Shown: positions 50,393-63,410, counted from the first letter of the whole stretch. The stretch: 63,584 nt of DNA, filler included, from Chiloscyllium plagiosum (GCF_004010195.1; 3 parts of one record of this genome joined end to end with filler, not necessarily neighbours in it), one strand, 5' to 3'. A program made the numbers and translations. The notes: generated by a model not told the origin, from the letters alone.

Positions 50393-52980
50393 GTTAAACA
50401 GTGGGATTATAGAGCTGCAGCACAACCCCACAGCTCTGAAACTGGGCTCGCCGGCTGTGAAAGCTAATACATCATACGCCTTCTAAACAACAGCACCAAC
50501 CTGGCTGGCAACTTTGAGGATCTATAGACATGGACCCCAAGATCCCGCTGTTTCAGATTTATCTCGAACTGTCACTCATCAGCTCAGTTCAGTCAATGAC
50601 GTGTTGCAACCTACAACAGCCCTCCATACTAACCACCAACTCCACCAAAGTTCGTGACATCGGCGAAACTATGAACCCACCCTTCCAATTCGTCATCCAA
50701 CTCTCTTATGAAAAAATCACAAAGAGCGGATCACCAAGCTGGTGACCAAGCTCCAGGCTGCATCTGTTCCATCTACCACCACCTTCTGTCTTCGGCTGCA
50801 TCTGTTCCATCTACCACCACCTTCTGTCTTCTGTGGGCCAGCCAATTCTGCACCCAGACAACCTGATCTCCCTGTAAGCCATGCCTCCTTATTTTGTGAA
50901 TGAGCTTACCGTGGAGAACTTTATCAAACGCCTTGTTGTAATCCATACATACCACATCCACTGCTCTAATTCATCAACGTGTTTTGTCACATCCTTAAGG
51001 AATTCAATAAGATCTATGAGGCATGACCCGCTCCTCACAAAGTCATGCTGACTGTCTCTAATCATTTATAATTTTCCAAGTATTCATAAATCCTGTCTCT
51101 CAAATCCTCTCCAATACTTTGCCCGTCACTGGTGTAAGACTGGTTAGCCAATAATTCCCAGGATTATCCCTATTCCCTTTCTTGAACCAGGGAATAACTT
51201 TTGCCAGCCTCCTGTCATCTGGCACAACTCCAGTGGACAGTGAGGATGCAAAGATCATCGCAAAATGCGCAGCAATCTCTTCTCGCTTCCTATAGTATCC
51301 TAGGGCATATCATGTTTGACCAAATAAATTTATCTATCCGTGTGTTTCTCAACTTTTTCAACACATCCTCCTGTTCTCGCATATCCGCCTGTTTCATACT
51401 GTCCTCAGAAACGTCAAGGTCCCTCTCATTCGTGAATACTGAAGCAAACATTCATTAAGGACCTCCCCTACCTCCTCTGACTCCTGGCACAAGTTCTCTC
51501 CACTATCCCTGATCAGCTCTCCACTCACTCTGGCCATCCTCTTGTTCCTCACATAAATGTGGAATGTCATAGGTTTTACCTTAATTCTACCCGCCAAGGC
51601 TTTATCATGCACACTTTTATCTCTCCCGAGTTCATTCTTCAGTTCCACCCTGGTTACCTTGCAACCTTCTGGAGCACTGTCTAACCCTTGCCTCCTCAAC
51701 TTCCATATCTGCCACAGATTCACCTGTACCTCCACACAAATCATCTATTGCATCCTCTGTACCCCGAAATTATGAACCAACCCTTGCAATTCGTCATCCA
51801 ACTCTTTTATGAAAAAATCACGAAGAGCAGATCACCAAGCTGGTGACCAAGCTCCAGGCTGCATCTGTTCCATCTACCACCACCTTCTGTCTTCTGTCGG
51901 CCAGCCAATTCTGCATCCAGACAATCTGATCTCCCTGTAAGCCATGCCTCCTTATTTTGTGAATGAGCTTACCATGGAGAACTTTATCAAACACCTTGTT
52001 GTAATCCATATATACCACATCCACTGCTCTAATTCATCAACGTGTTTTGTCACATCCTTAAGGAATTAAATAAGATCTATGAGGCATGACCCGCTCCTCA
52101 CAAAGCCATGCTGACTGTATCTAATCATTTATAATTTTCCAAGTATTCATAAATCCTGTCTCTCAAATCCTCTCCAATACTTTGCACGTCACTGGTGTAA
52201 GACTGGTTAGCCAAAGATTCCCAGGATTATCCCTATTCCCTTTCTTGAACCAGGGAATAACTTTTTCCAGCCTCCTGTCATTCGGCACGACTCCAGTGAA
52301 CAGTGAGGATGCAAAGATCATCCCAAAATGGGCAGCAATCTCTTCTCGCTTCCTATACTATCCGAGGGCATATCCTGTTTGACCAAATAAATTTATCTAT
52401 CCGTGTGTTTCTCAAATTTTTCAACACATCCTCCTGTTCTAGCATATCCGCCTGTTTCATGCTGTCCTCAGAAACGTCAAGGTCCCTCTCATTAGTGAAT
52501 ACTGAAGCAAACATTCATTAAGAACCTCCCCTACCTCCTCCGACTCCTGGCACAAGTTCTCTCCACTATCCCTGATCAGCTCTACCCTCACTCTGGCCAT
52601 CCTCTTGTTCCTCACATAAATGTAGAACGTCATAGGTTTTACCTTAATTCTACCCGCCAAGGCTTTATCATGCACACTTTTATCTCTCCCGAGTTCATTC
52701 TTCAGTTCCACCCTGGTTACCTTGCAACCTTCTGGAGCACTGTCTAACCCTTGCCTCCTCAACTTCCATATCTGCCACAGATTCACCTGTACCTCCACAC
52801 AAATCATCTATTGCATCCTCTGTACCCGATGTGGCCTCCTCTATATTGGGGAGACAAGCCGCCTACTTGCGGAGCGTTTCAGAGAACACCCTGGTTACCT
52901 TGCAACCTTCTAGAGCACTGTCTAACCCTTGCCTCCTCAACCTTATGTCAGCTTCATCCTTCCTCTTGACTAGATGTTCT
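50393..52980 (-). mobile_element. CR1 LINE ORF2 fragments with internal tandem duplication (50665-51765 / 51766-52828)
   Basis: DVVYMDYNKVFDKVLHGKLIHKIRRHGLQG occurs twice (50773-50961 and 51818-52024); paired ORFs at 51394/52457. Confidence 0.9.
52764..52886 (+). mobile_element. Penelope GIY-YIG endonuclease fragment
   Basis: FHICHRFTCTSTQIIYCILCTRCGLLYIGETSRLLAERFREH. Confidence 0.88.
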
Positions 52981-54679
52981 AAAGCGTCTGGCAGAATGGA
53001 GCTGTAAATGGATGGGAGATACACATCCTGTCACTTCCAGCATGGGCTGTAAGTTTCCCGACAGTGGGCAGTGATCAAACACAGTGTTATTGAGCAATGC
53101 ACTGGGATGGTGGACACAGCTCTACATGCTGGAAGGGTAACTGCTGCAGGTTTACAGAGTTATTCACTGCACAGCCCCCCGTGAAGTGATGTGGTCTGCA
53201 CAGTTTGTACAGATTGCTGGGTTTTATTGAGCACTACACTAGCCTCGTCTGCACAGTGCTTCACTCTGAATAGATATCTCATCTGGATTATGATGTCTGA
53301 TTCTGTGAGGTGGAGTTGGTATCGGGTATAACTGACCATTTGAGCTGATCTGTCAGCATATTTATTTTATGTTGTTACTCTTGTTATTGGACCCGCCAGA
53401 GTCTGACTCCGCCGGCTAACCAGATTTCTCTGAGAAGAGCCATGTTTATTCAACTTGTTGATCAAGTAATCATCCAAATATAACACGAATATCCGTCTTT
53501 CTGTGCCTTAACCTGGCCGTTGGTGCTAATATCCCTGAATCCCCAGGGACGTAATTATGAAGTTCAGAAACAATGTGCAAAGTGCACGGCTCATGCTCTT
53601 GTGTACATCACGGCTGTGGGTCCCATTTGGATCCTTATGTTATCAATACCTGGCACTGTGAAGCTCAGAAACAATAAAATAGTGTGTCTCGGGCTGTTCA
53701 CTTCCTGGTGTGTCCCATGTGGTGCTCCATGAACAGTGGAGTGTGTGTTGGGCTGTTGTTCACTTCCCGGTGTGTCCCATGTAGTTTTCCATGGTGGACA
53801 GGGGGTCCCAACAGCTTTTTGACACATCTTTGAAACTTGGTCTGTGCCTGTTCACTGAACATCTGTTTGTCCCTCTCAGCTGATTATGCGGTCAGTTACA
53901 CGAGGAAACCCCTCGAGTACTATTGTTAACTACCAGGCATCAAACTTGTAACTGAAGGGCTCCGGACTGACTCCTGTTATTGGAACGTTAGTGGAGGTGT
54001 TGGGAATGGTTTGCTGGAGGTTGTGCTGTGAGCTGCCTCAGGCATTCAGGGAGACCTGAAGATTTGGTGACACAACTGTGGATGGAGCATGGGGACGATA
54101 GTAACAGCATCTGGGTCTGTAACATGAACAATAAATAGAGCAGAGGCTGCAGGGAGGAGAAGCTCTGAACCCAAGCAGTGAGTGTGTCTGGGGAAAGGGA
54201 TCCGCTGGATCCACCCCGGGTTTTCCAGGAACAGCTTCCCAAGCTCCACTTAACCCAGAAGCAGAGTGTGAGGGGACCCTGACTGAACAAGGAGCTGGGC
54301 ACAGAGCGGTGTCACCTCCTTCAACACGACCTAAAGCTTCACACCAGGGGGGTGACGGTGCTACCAGTGGCTTTTAGGGTCACAGTTTCATTCAGCTTCT
54401 ATGTTCCAGAACATTCAAGGCAGGAGTGGGTGATGGCTCCATCATCTCTCCGATCTCAACATCAGTGTCATCATTCAGTGACGGAGGATATTTATGGTGG
54501 ATGAGAACAATAGGCCGCTGGGAACATCAGGCAGCAGACGATCAGGGTGATGGAGCAACACTTGCCATGTCTGAACGGCTCAGAGTGAACCCTCCAGTAC
54601 ATACAGTGTCACTAAGTCCTGTAATCCCTCTGTATTTCAGTAACATACTGCCTGCCGTTCTTCCTGGAAGAAAATGAGG

Positions 54680-56200
54680 GGTTATATATGATGTTAAATC
54701 CCACCAGCCAAACTTTTATCCATTGATTAACTTGTCCATATCCATTTACAGACTCTACAACTTCCATTGATTATTTATTTTCCTGCTTATCTTAGTTCCA
54801 TTGGCAAACGTAGTTACAGTACATTTGTTCCACTCCTCTAGATCATTGATATAGATGGTAAATAGCTGAGGACCTTGCACTGGTCACTGTCTGACCCTAC
54901 TGGTTACATTCTTTTAAACTGATTAAATCTGATTTCTCCGGAGTGCCTGCTTTCTGTCCGATAACCAGTCCTCCCCCATTCCTGTGTAACACGTTTGAAG
55001 GGCTGAAGAAGGACGAGGAACATCAGTCAGCAATCCAACCCCTCCAGCCTGCTCCACCATTGAATACAATCATGGCTGATGTCATCTCGGTCTCAGCCCC
55101 AATTTCGGCCCCTCTCCATATCCCCTCAGTTACTCAATATCCCAGCATCCACTTCACTCTGGAAAAGTGAATTACACAGATTTAAAATGCTTTGAGATAA
55201 GTTCTCTCATCACTGCTTTAATTCCTCTCCACTTATCCTAAAACTGTGATCTCTTATTGTAGGTTGCCCCACATGAGGAAATACCCAATGCATATCAACA
55301 TTATCAATCACCTTTAGCATTGTCCAGTCCTCAGTGACATTTCCTCCCATTTTTCTACTCCAGAGAGTATAGGCCTGAACTGCTCAATCTCTCTTCAGAG
55401 GACAAACTCGTTATCTCTGGAATCAGTCTAGTAAACCTCTCCTGAACTGCCTCCATGATAATTACATCCCTCCTGCAGTCAGGACATCAAAACTGTACAC
55501 TGTACTCAATTGCGATCTCACAAATGCCTGGCATTATTGCAGCAAAACCTCCCTCGCTTTACAATCTATTCTTTCAGAAATAAATGCCAAATTTGCAGTT
55601 GCCTTTCTCATTATCTGTTGTACCTGCATCTGTGTTTTTTGCAGTATGGATGAGGATACCAGATCCCTCTGTACCTAACCACTTTGTAGTTTCCCTCTGT
55701 TTCGATAGTAAGTTACCTTTCTGTTACACCGACCAAAACGGCCTCATAATTTTCATTGTTTCATTTCATCTGCCAAATAATGGCCCAACCTATCCTTAAC
55801 CATTCATTACAATGTCTCACCTGAGTCAGTGCCTTCTGAAAAACTGATTATAGCATGTCCATCCCCTCAAATAAGTCATAGTATTGATTGCTAATAGTTG
55901 GGGCCTGGGGACTGAACCCTATGGTATTTTTGGAAGCAGAAAATGAACCAGTTATTCCATCTCACTGCAATTCTTTGTTTCGCCAATCCTATATCCAAGC
56001 GAATAAATTACTTCTAACCATATCTGATCTTATTCTGCAGATTAATCTTTAGTGCACACCTTATTAAATGTCTTCTGCAAGTCCTGATTTTACATCTCCA
56101 GGATCCGCATTATGCAGCTTGCTTGTCACATTCTTAAAGACTCAAACAAATAATGAAAATACGATTCATCCTTTGTAAAATTATGTTGATTCTGATAGAT
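54680..56200 (-). mobile_element. Old CR1 LINE fragments
   Basis: Reverse-strand remnants of CR1 RT and the 3' end (e.g. gaactgcctccatg, aaaactgtacactgtactc). Confidence 0.55.
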
Positions 56201-56501
56201 TGTGGCTTGACTCTGCAATTGTCCTTTCATTAATTCCTGAAAAATCGATTTTAACAATTTTCTTAAATTCCAGCAGTTTTCTCACTACTTTATATTCTAT
56301 CGTGAAGGTGGTGAGCTTGAATTCTCGCCTCTCTATATTCTCTTCGTTCCCTCCAATTCTGCATAATTGAAGCATGGTGTGAAATGACCAACTCTGGTTG
56401 CTGTGCAAGAGGCATGAGTGGACTCATTCTCTTCCCTGTGCACAAAATCAATGGGCTGATGTCAAAACAAAACAAAAACAAAACATAGATTAAACCGAGT
56501 T

Positions 56502-57001
56502 NNNNNNNNNNNNNNNNNNNNNNNNNNNNNNNNNNNNNNNNNNNNNNNNNNNNNNNNNNNNNNNNNNNNNNNNNNNNNNNNNNNNNNNNNNNNNNNNNNN
56601 NNNNNNNNNNNNNNNNNNNNNNNNNNNNNNNNNNNNNNNNNNNNNNNNNNNNNNNNNNNNNNNNNNNNNNNNNNNNNNNNNNNNNNNNNNNNNNNNNNNN
56701 NNNNNNNNNNNNNNNNNNNNNNNNNNNNNNNNNNNNNNNNNNNNNNNNNNNNNNNNNNNNNNNNNNNNNNNNNNNNNNNNNNNNNNNNNNNNNNNNNNNN
56801 NNNNNNNNNNNNNNNNNNNNNNNNNNNNNNNNNNNNNNNNNNNNNNNNNNNNNNNNNNNNNNNNNNNNNNNNNNNNNNNNNNNNNNNNNNNNNNNNNNNN
56901 NNNNNNNNNNNNNNNNNNNNNNNNNNNNNNNNNNNNNNNNNNNNNNNNNNNNNNNNNNNNNNNNNNNNNNNNNNNNNNNNNNNNNNNNNNNNNNNNNNNN
57001 N
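56502..57001. other. Assembly gap (500 N); a second gap lies at 57425-57507
   Basis: Directly visible. Confidence 0.99.
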
Positions 57002-57805
57002 GGGGAGCTGCCCCAAGTTTTGGTCCACATACGTACCTCTGACATAGTAAAAAACAGAGGCAAACATTCCGGGAGCTAAGGTGGAAACTTAGAGCCAGAA
57101 CACACAAAGTTGATATCTCTGATTCCTTGCCCATGCTATGTGCTAGTGAAGCGAGGAATAGGGAGAGAGGAGTGGAACAGGTTGCTACAGTGATTTTGCA
57201 GGAGGGAGGGATTCTGGTACTTGCATAATTGGTGGTCATCCTAGGGTAGATGGGACCTCAACACAAAGGATGGTCTTCACCTGAACCCGAGCAGACCCAA
57301 CATTCTGGGAGGGGAAGGAGGAATTTACTAATGCCCTTCGGGAGGTTTTAAATGAATTCAGAGGGAACGTGTATTGTAGCGTCAGTTTACAGGAGGTTGT
57401 GATTAGTGCGGTCATAAATAAGGTNNNNNNNNNNNNNNNNNNNNNNNNNNNNNNNNNNNNNNNNNNNNNNNNNNNNNNNNNNNNNNNNNNNNNNNNNNNN
57501 NNNNNNNAGCAGCAAGGTGGTTTGAAGTGTGTCTACACCAATGCCAGGAGCATCCAGAATATGGTGGATGAACTTCTATGAAGTTCTATGTTCTATGTTC
57601 TATGTATCTTGTTTTGATACCTGGCATTTCGATGTTGTGGCCATTTTGGAGATTTGGATAGAGCAGGCACATTAATGGTTATTGTAGGTTCCAGGATTTA
57701 GAGATTTCAGTAAGAACAGGGAAGATGGTAATAGTAGAAGAGATGTGGCATTGTTAGTCAAGCACAGTATTACGGTGGCAGAAAAGCGTTTGCTGAGGAC
57801 TCGTC
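57002..57805 (+). mobile_element. CR1 LINE ORF1 (SGNH esterase) end and ORF2 start
   Basis: ELPQVLVHIRTSDIVK...FCRREGF...GRWDLNTKDGLHLN, then LKCVYTNARSIQNMVDEL. Confidence 0.85.
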
Positions 57806-57905
57806 NNNNNNNNNNNNNNNNNNNNNNNNNNNNNNNNNNNNNNNNNNNNTTAATTAATTAANNNNNNNNNNNNNNNNNNNNNNNNNNNNNNNNNNNNNNN
57901 NNNNN
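57806..57905. other. Assembly gap with artificial linker (44N-TTAATTAATTAA-44N)
   Basis: Directly visible. Confidence 0.97.
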
Positions 57906-58097
57906 AAGCAAATGTAAGGAATTCTGGTAGAAGCTCAGATATCGTAATCTCAGCATCACTATATGTATATAGATTCTAATCCAATCATAGTCGATAAATT
58001 TGAATTTAATGATTAAATAAACTCGCATCATGACAAGTTTTCTCCCTGTTTCGTTTAGTGGAGGAAATCAGTCGGCCTACGTGTGAATTCAGAAGAG

Positions 58098-59390
58098 ACA
58101 AAAAAACTGCAGATGGTGAAATCCAAGGCAGACAAGCAGGAGGCTTGTAAAACAAGGGAAGTCCAGCAGCATCAGGAGGTGAAGATATCAAAGTTTCGGG
58201 TGTGACCTTCCTTCAGTCCTGGAGAAGGGTGTAAGTGGATCCATAGATTAAGCAGGATAGTGGTTGAGGATCGCAGTGTGGTGTGTTCGGGACACGTGAA
58301 ATCAAATAGAGGGTACAGCCTTGCTGGTTGATGGGAACAATGCATTTGTTTTGTTTCTGGAAAAAAATGCTTGGTTAGTGGAATGGAAGAGGGGGACAGG
58401 GGAGGGGCTGGAATGGTGCTGGGGGAAAGGAAATGAAGGTATTTGAGATGAGAGAACTCAATGCTGCGTGTTCAGTCCATATTCTCTGCACGCAGAGGAT
58501 GAGGTGCCGTTTCCCAAAACCTGCAGTCAGATTCGCTGTGCCAAAGAAGGAGGCGAAGGATGGACGTGCTGGAAAACGAATTACAACAGTCAACGACTAG
58601 GAGGTCAGGCCGGCTCCTGCAGGCCAGGCTGAGATGCTTAATGAAACGTGTCCTCAGTTTACTCTTGCTCTCGCTGATGACGGGTAGACCTCATCCGAAC
58701 CACTGGATATAGTAAACTAGTTTGGAGAGGAGAAGGTGAACATCAGTTCGACCTGGAAAGACAGTTTGGGACCCGGGATGGAGGTGAGTGAGTGGTAGTG
58801 TGCCAATAGTTTTTGCAAGTCGTATGCGAATGTGCCTTTGGGTTCGGGAGCGTTTACGGGGCAATGTCACCAAACATTTGGGGACTGGAACGAGACTTGA
58901 TGTACTCATGAGGGGTGGGGGTGTGGGGAGAGCAAGGTATTCTTGGTGTTGTGGTTCAATTAGAGTTGTCAGAAGTGTTTAAGGATTATTGGTTGAATGT
59001 GGAGAATACTCAGCCGTTGTATGAGCGCAAGGGCGAACTTATCTTAATTTGTGTAAAGAGGTTTTGAGAGCAGTGCAATGGAGAATGGAGGAGGTGCGCT
59101 CGAGGGCTCTTTGAATGACAAGGCAGAGAAACATATTGGTAAAAATGGGTGGACATCTATGATGCTTGATAGTGGAATGTCTCCTCATCCAAGCAGATGT
59201 AGTATCGGCTGAAGTATTGCGTGAATGCAGTGGATGACTTGCCTGTTGTTGGCAGGGAAAGTGTGTCGTTCGTCTCGCGATGAGTGTCTGTGGGTTTTCT
59301 ATCACTCATCCGCCTGGAGATTGCACCCGAGATAGAAATGGAGATGTCAAGACAGGGGAGGTTGATGTCTGGGATGGACCAAGTGTGACT
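58098..59390 (-). mobile_element. Decayed Penelope-like element (linker, GIY-YIG, pLTR)
   Basis: Minus-strand FQVELMFT..SKLVYYIQW..ISESKSKLRTRFIKHL is a degenerate GIY-YIG; a pLTR-like end lies at ~58098-58220. Confidence 0.7.
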
Positions 59391-60477
59391 CCTGCAATGT
59401 GCCTCATTGTTAACTGCCCTGGAGCGGTTGTGGTGTGTGATAAAATACTGACATAGTATACAATTAAATGCATGAACTATTAATAGAAGACTTCCATTCT
59501 TGCTTCAATTATTCCAAACTACCTTATTCTGTCAAGCTGTCGTCACTTGAGTTTCATAACCGTTGCTCTCTTGAGATACCCAACGTTATTTTCATAGTTA
59601 GGAATCACACAACGCCAAGCTTTAGTTCAACAGATCCATTCTAATTATTAGATGACCTTTTCCTATTAATGTATAATTATCCATATCATGATTAGAATAT
59701 ATTCTGCATTTTTCTTTATAGAGAACATTGCCAAAATATAATTTCATTCTCGCCTTCAATTTTTCAATATTAGCATACTAAAGTTTTATGAAGTACTTTC
59801 TATAGTGATGAAAGTCAGTGTACTGGATTAAGAATATTTGTATTTAAGACTCTGTTCATGACTCTGTCAGTTTATGTTGTGATGACTGTTATGTCCCTTG
59901 GCATCTGTTACTGCATGTCTGAGATCTTGTCTTTTCTGTCTGAGCGTGTGATCTTTCTCTGTCTTTCTTCCTAAATCCACACTTCAATATTCATGGCTCA
60001 CAATTACGGGAAGAAGAAATGGAGAGGTCTGGGGTAAGTGGTGTTTAGTCGGCACCAAGGACATTGTCTTGCCATTTTTCATTTTCTATCTATTATGCTT
60101 CGACATTTTTTTCAGATTAACGTTTTTGTGCTCTGGCATCATGTTAGATGATACTTATCTACTCATATAAATCTGTGCTAACATTGTTTAGGCTACTAAG
60201 AGACTTTAGAAATGGTAGCCCCAATTCCTCAAAATTACATAATGATGGTTTAAAATTAAGTGTAATATGTTTAATACAGGGAAAGAATACCTGTTTGAAA
60301 TAAATATTTTAAATATAAAAATAAGGATTAAGGTGGAAGTCATCATTCTGTTGACAGTTATATATTGTACAATAGCTCTAGTGTCAAGGAAGAATTTTTG
60401 AAATCTCAGCATTTAGTAACTTTTGGGCAAAGCTTCAAATGGGCCTTTTTGATCTTATGTAGAAGGAAGTGTGCTTT

Positions 60478-60675
60478 GAGTGCTCCGGTTTCCTCCCACA
60501 GTCAAAAGAAATGTGCAGGTTAGGTGAATTGGCCATGCTAAATTGCCCGTAGTGTTAGGTGAAGGGGTAAATGTAGGGTAATGGGTCCGGGTGGGTTGCT
60601 CTTCGGAGGGTCGGTGTTGAGCTTGTTGGGCCGAAGGGCCTGTTCCAAAATTGTAAGTAATCTAATCTAACCTAA
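60478..60675 (+). mobile_element. 5'-truncated HE1-type SINE, followed by a short PLE pLTR piece (~60683-60735)
   Basis: tgctccggtttcctcccaca...gggcctgtt..taatctaatctaa, then cactagctttcggagc..ttcatcag. Confidence 0.88.
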
Positions 60676-61521
60676 CATGTCTATTTGGAAACACTAGCTT
60701 TCGGAGCGCGGCTTCTTCATCAGCTAGTTGTGGAGTTTCAAACGTCTTAGAAAATATTAATTCAATTTCCACATTTCTCATGCATTCTGCCTGAGCAGAG
60801 CACAGTCTCTCATTCTGCTTAACATGTCGAAAGGAATTTTTTACCGTCACACTTCACCAGCTTTCAAACTGGTGCCAGGTCCGAACATGTACCATTGGAT
60901 ACTCTAATTGACAAAACACTTTGCCAGTTGCATACTTCACTGCACTTTACTTCAGCCATGCAAGTGGATCCCATACATTGTTTTATTAAATTACTGTCTT
61001 GAGTAAATAAATGATAAGCTTTTTTTTAAATCAAAGTTAATTTTACAGAAATAGAGAGAGGAAATATCATCCTCCATCATAGAAATGGCGGAAAACGATT
61101 AAAACTTCATCCTAGAAATGTTAATTGCGACTTGGACTCTGCTGACGATCCAAGTATATTTTGTCTCATTCGATTAACCTCAATTTAAACTTGATCCTGT
61201 CCCGCAGAAAGTGTGCTATGATGCTGTCGGATAGCTTTATTTATTCAACATTTCATCCTTTCCTGACTTCACTGCACCGGACTTCAGCCATTCAAATGGA
61301 TCTCGTGCTTTTCTTTCTCAATTATGATAATGAGTAAATCAATGAGAAGTGATTTCCCATTTCTAGCAAAGGAAATTGAACAGAAGAACAGAGCAAAATT
61401 TGCTTTCCTTATTGAAAATGTTCAGGAAACGGTAAGAAAAAAATCCGTCTCGACATGTTAATTGCGTCGTTGTCTTTGTATCTGATAAGAAAGCTCTGAG
61501 ATTATTCTTTAGTCTCTTTTC

Positions 61522-62370
61522 GTTAAATGCATTTCATTTGTCATCCTCTCTCCAGCAGCAACTGTTCTTTCTGCAAAAGCATTCTTCACAATCGCATGGT
61601 CGTTCTCACTGGAGTTATATTGTGCTGGATTGCTGCAAATTGTTTCCGAAATTCGTGCCGGCTCATCACACGTGTTGGTTCTCTCATGGCCACTTTGAAA
61701 TTTTCAGCCAGCGATGTTTCACTGGCTCACTGTGGTTTTCCCCTCTGATTTATTTTTCTGGCCATTTGCTGTGAAAAGCATAAAACAATGCACTACACTG
61801 AAAAGCAAAACACCGACTTTGGTTCTAACAGCAGTGACCGCACTGGGCTGTTTGTAACCTCATCATCGAGGCTTTACAGAGGAAGCTCGATTTATGATTG
61901 GTATTGGTCCATGGAAATGTGGTTTGAAACTCAGCTTTGTTGCTTACGCGTCATGGACCGCATTTATCATGTTTCATTTCTCCCGTCTGTTGTTGTTTTG
62001 CTGCTCAATATTCTGACAGTCGCAATGTCGTGACTACGAGAGAGTGACATGGGCTCCAGGACTGCACCATTGGAGAGAATTACAAAGACCGAGAAATGGT
62101 AAAGGGAAGGAGATCCATCATTTTACTCTTTAGTATATCTGATACTTTCATGATTTCATTGGGTGCTGGGTTTTTTTATGATATATATGTGCGAACTAAA
62201 ACCTCCGGTTCAGATCACCACATGACAACAGAACGCGCATCTGCCATGATACAGCTCCTCAGCATATTTGCCAATACTTTCTTTTAGACTGTAACACAGC
62301 ATCAATTCGGAAATGAGCTCAATCACACTGTGAAATATCCAGGCGAATGCACTGCAAAATTAGTAATAGC
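61522..62370 (+). pseudogene. Class A GPCR pseudogene, GPR139-like (expanded chondrichthyan family), main coding exon
   Basis: Joining frames gives VILS..NCSFCKSI..MVVLTGVIL..ASDVS/WLTVVF..FLAICCEKHKTMHYTEK..VLTAVTALGCL*..PWKC..SWTAF..LPSVVVLLLNILTV..GENYKDREMVKGRRSIILLFSIS..MIQLLSIFANTFF*TVTQHQFGNELNHTVKYP, with several frameshifts and stops. Confidence 0.85.
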
Positions 62371-62801
62371 TTCTGCCTATTTAGAGCGACTGTAGACTTG
62401 TTCCTGGCACAAATATGCTGATGACAACACTGGAACAATGTCCAGGACAGAATAAGCCTCAATGTGCAAGTGAATATACATATCTCCTCAGTCATCAACG
62501 GTTGTACTATCTGACTGAGTGACAAGTATGAGGCGGTGAATTCTTTGAATAGACAAGCTGTGATTTGAAACCTGCGGCGTTGGTACTGCACTTAGTTTGC
62601 CGTACATTCGGCTGTGCATTGTTTCCTTAATTCTTTTTGTTGTACTGAATAATATGCACACTTAAACAATGACTTAAATATTGTTGGGGAGATTTCACTG
62701 GGGTGTTTAATGTAGGGCTAGGGAGGGTGACACTTCCAGCCCTGAAATGGTTAACAACAGCCAGGCAAGCTGCTGCAGGCGACTGCATGACTGCTGGAGC
62801 T

Positions 62802-63390
62802 TGTAAGGGATATGCATAATGTTAATTAAATCTTGGAGCCTGTAAATACCAGCCAGCATCAGTTGCCCCATCGAAACTCGGGATTAATAAACAAACTGAT
62901 CGGAATCTGTAACTGTCAGACAAGTGTGAATTGCTCTATCAGAACCTGTAACTAGTGAGTGTGAATGGCTCTAATTAAGTCTAAAGTTGATAAGTGTAAT
63001 TGACAATTTAGTCAAACTGAAACTATTGAAAATGGCTAGCCTGTCAGACGCATAGTAATTCCTTGAAACAATGAACTATTGAATACGGGATCGGAACCGC
63101 TCCCGGGGATGGCTGAGCCATTGTCAAGCACAGCAGGAGGACGGATCCCCAGCGCGCGCAGATGAATGGACCAATGGGGAAGGCGAACTAACCGGGGACT
63201 CCAGGCAGCGCGAAGTCTAATTGTGTCAAGTTTGAACGGGAAGGGAGAACGCCTTCTCCAACGAATGCATGCTTGTAGATTCGTTGTACCAGGTAATAAA
63301 TTGCTGTCTGCGTCTAACCATAGTTGCCAGTGTGAGTCTCTCCTTCCGAAAGAACACGCAAAGACGGGACCCTGCGGGTCCGTCTTAACA
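62802..63390 (+). mobile_element. 5' LTR of an LTR retroelement/endogenous retrovirus (left boundary tentative)
   Basis: AATAAA at 63295-63300 and terminal ...TTAACA (63390) immediately before a PBS; candidate start TGTAAG at 62802. Confidence 0.7.
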
Positions 63391-63392
63391 TT

Positions 63393-63410
63393 TGGTGACC
63401 CCGACGCGGG
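63393..63410 (+). promoter_or_regulatory. Primer-binding site complementary to tRNA-Trp
   Basis: TGGTGACCCCGACGcGgg versus the canonical TGGTGACCCCGACGTGAT (first 14 nt perfect), 2 nt after the CA. Confidence 0.85.

Noticed and set aside
53000..54660. Unassigned GC-richer stretch with a small direct repeat (gggctgtt..cacttcc.ggtgtgtcccatgt at ~53690 and ~53750)
   Set aside because: It is probably a decayed TE, but I could not support any motif.
56290..57239. 200-257 aa ORFs
   Set aside because: They are made mostly of N gap.
59640..60040. Possible first exon of the GPCR pseudogene (IRIYSAFFFIENIAKI; donor at ~60033)
   Set aside because: There is no recognisable YYP..GVP motif next to a donor, so the evidence is too weak.
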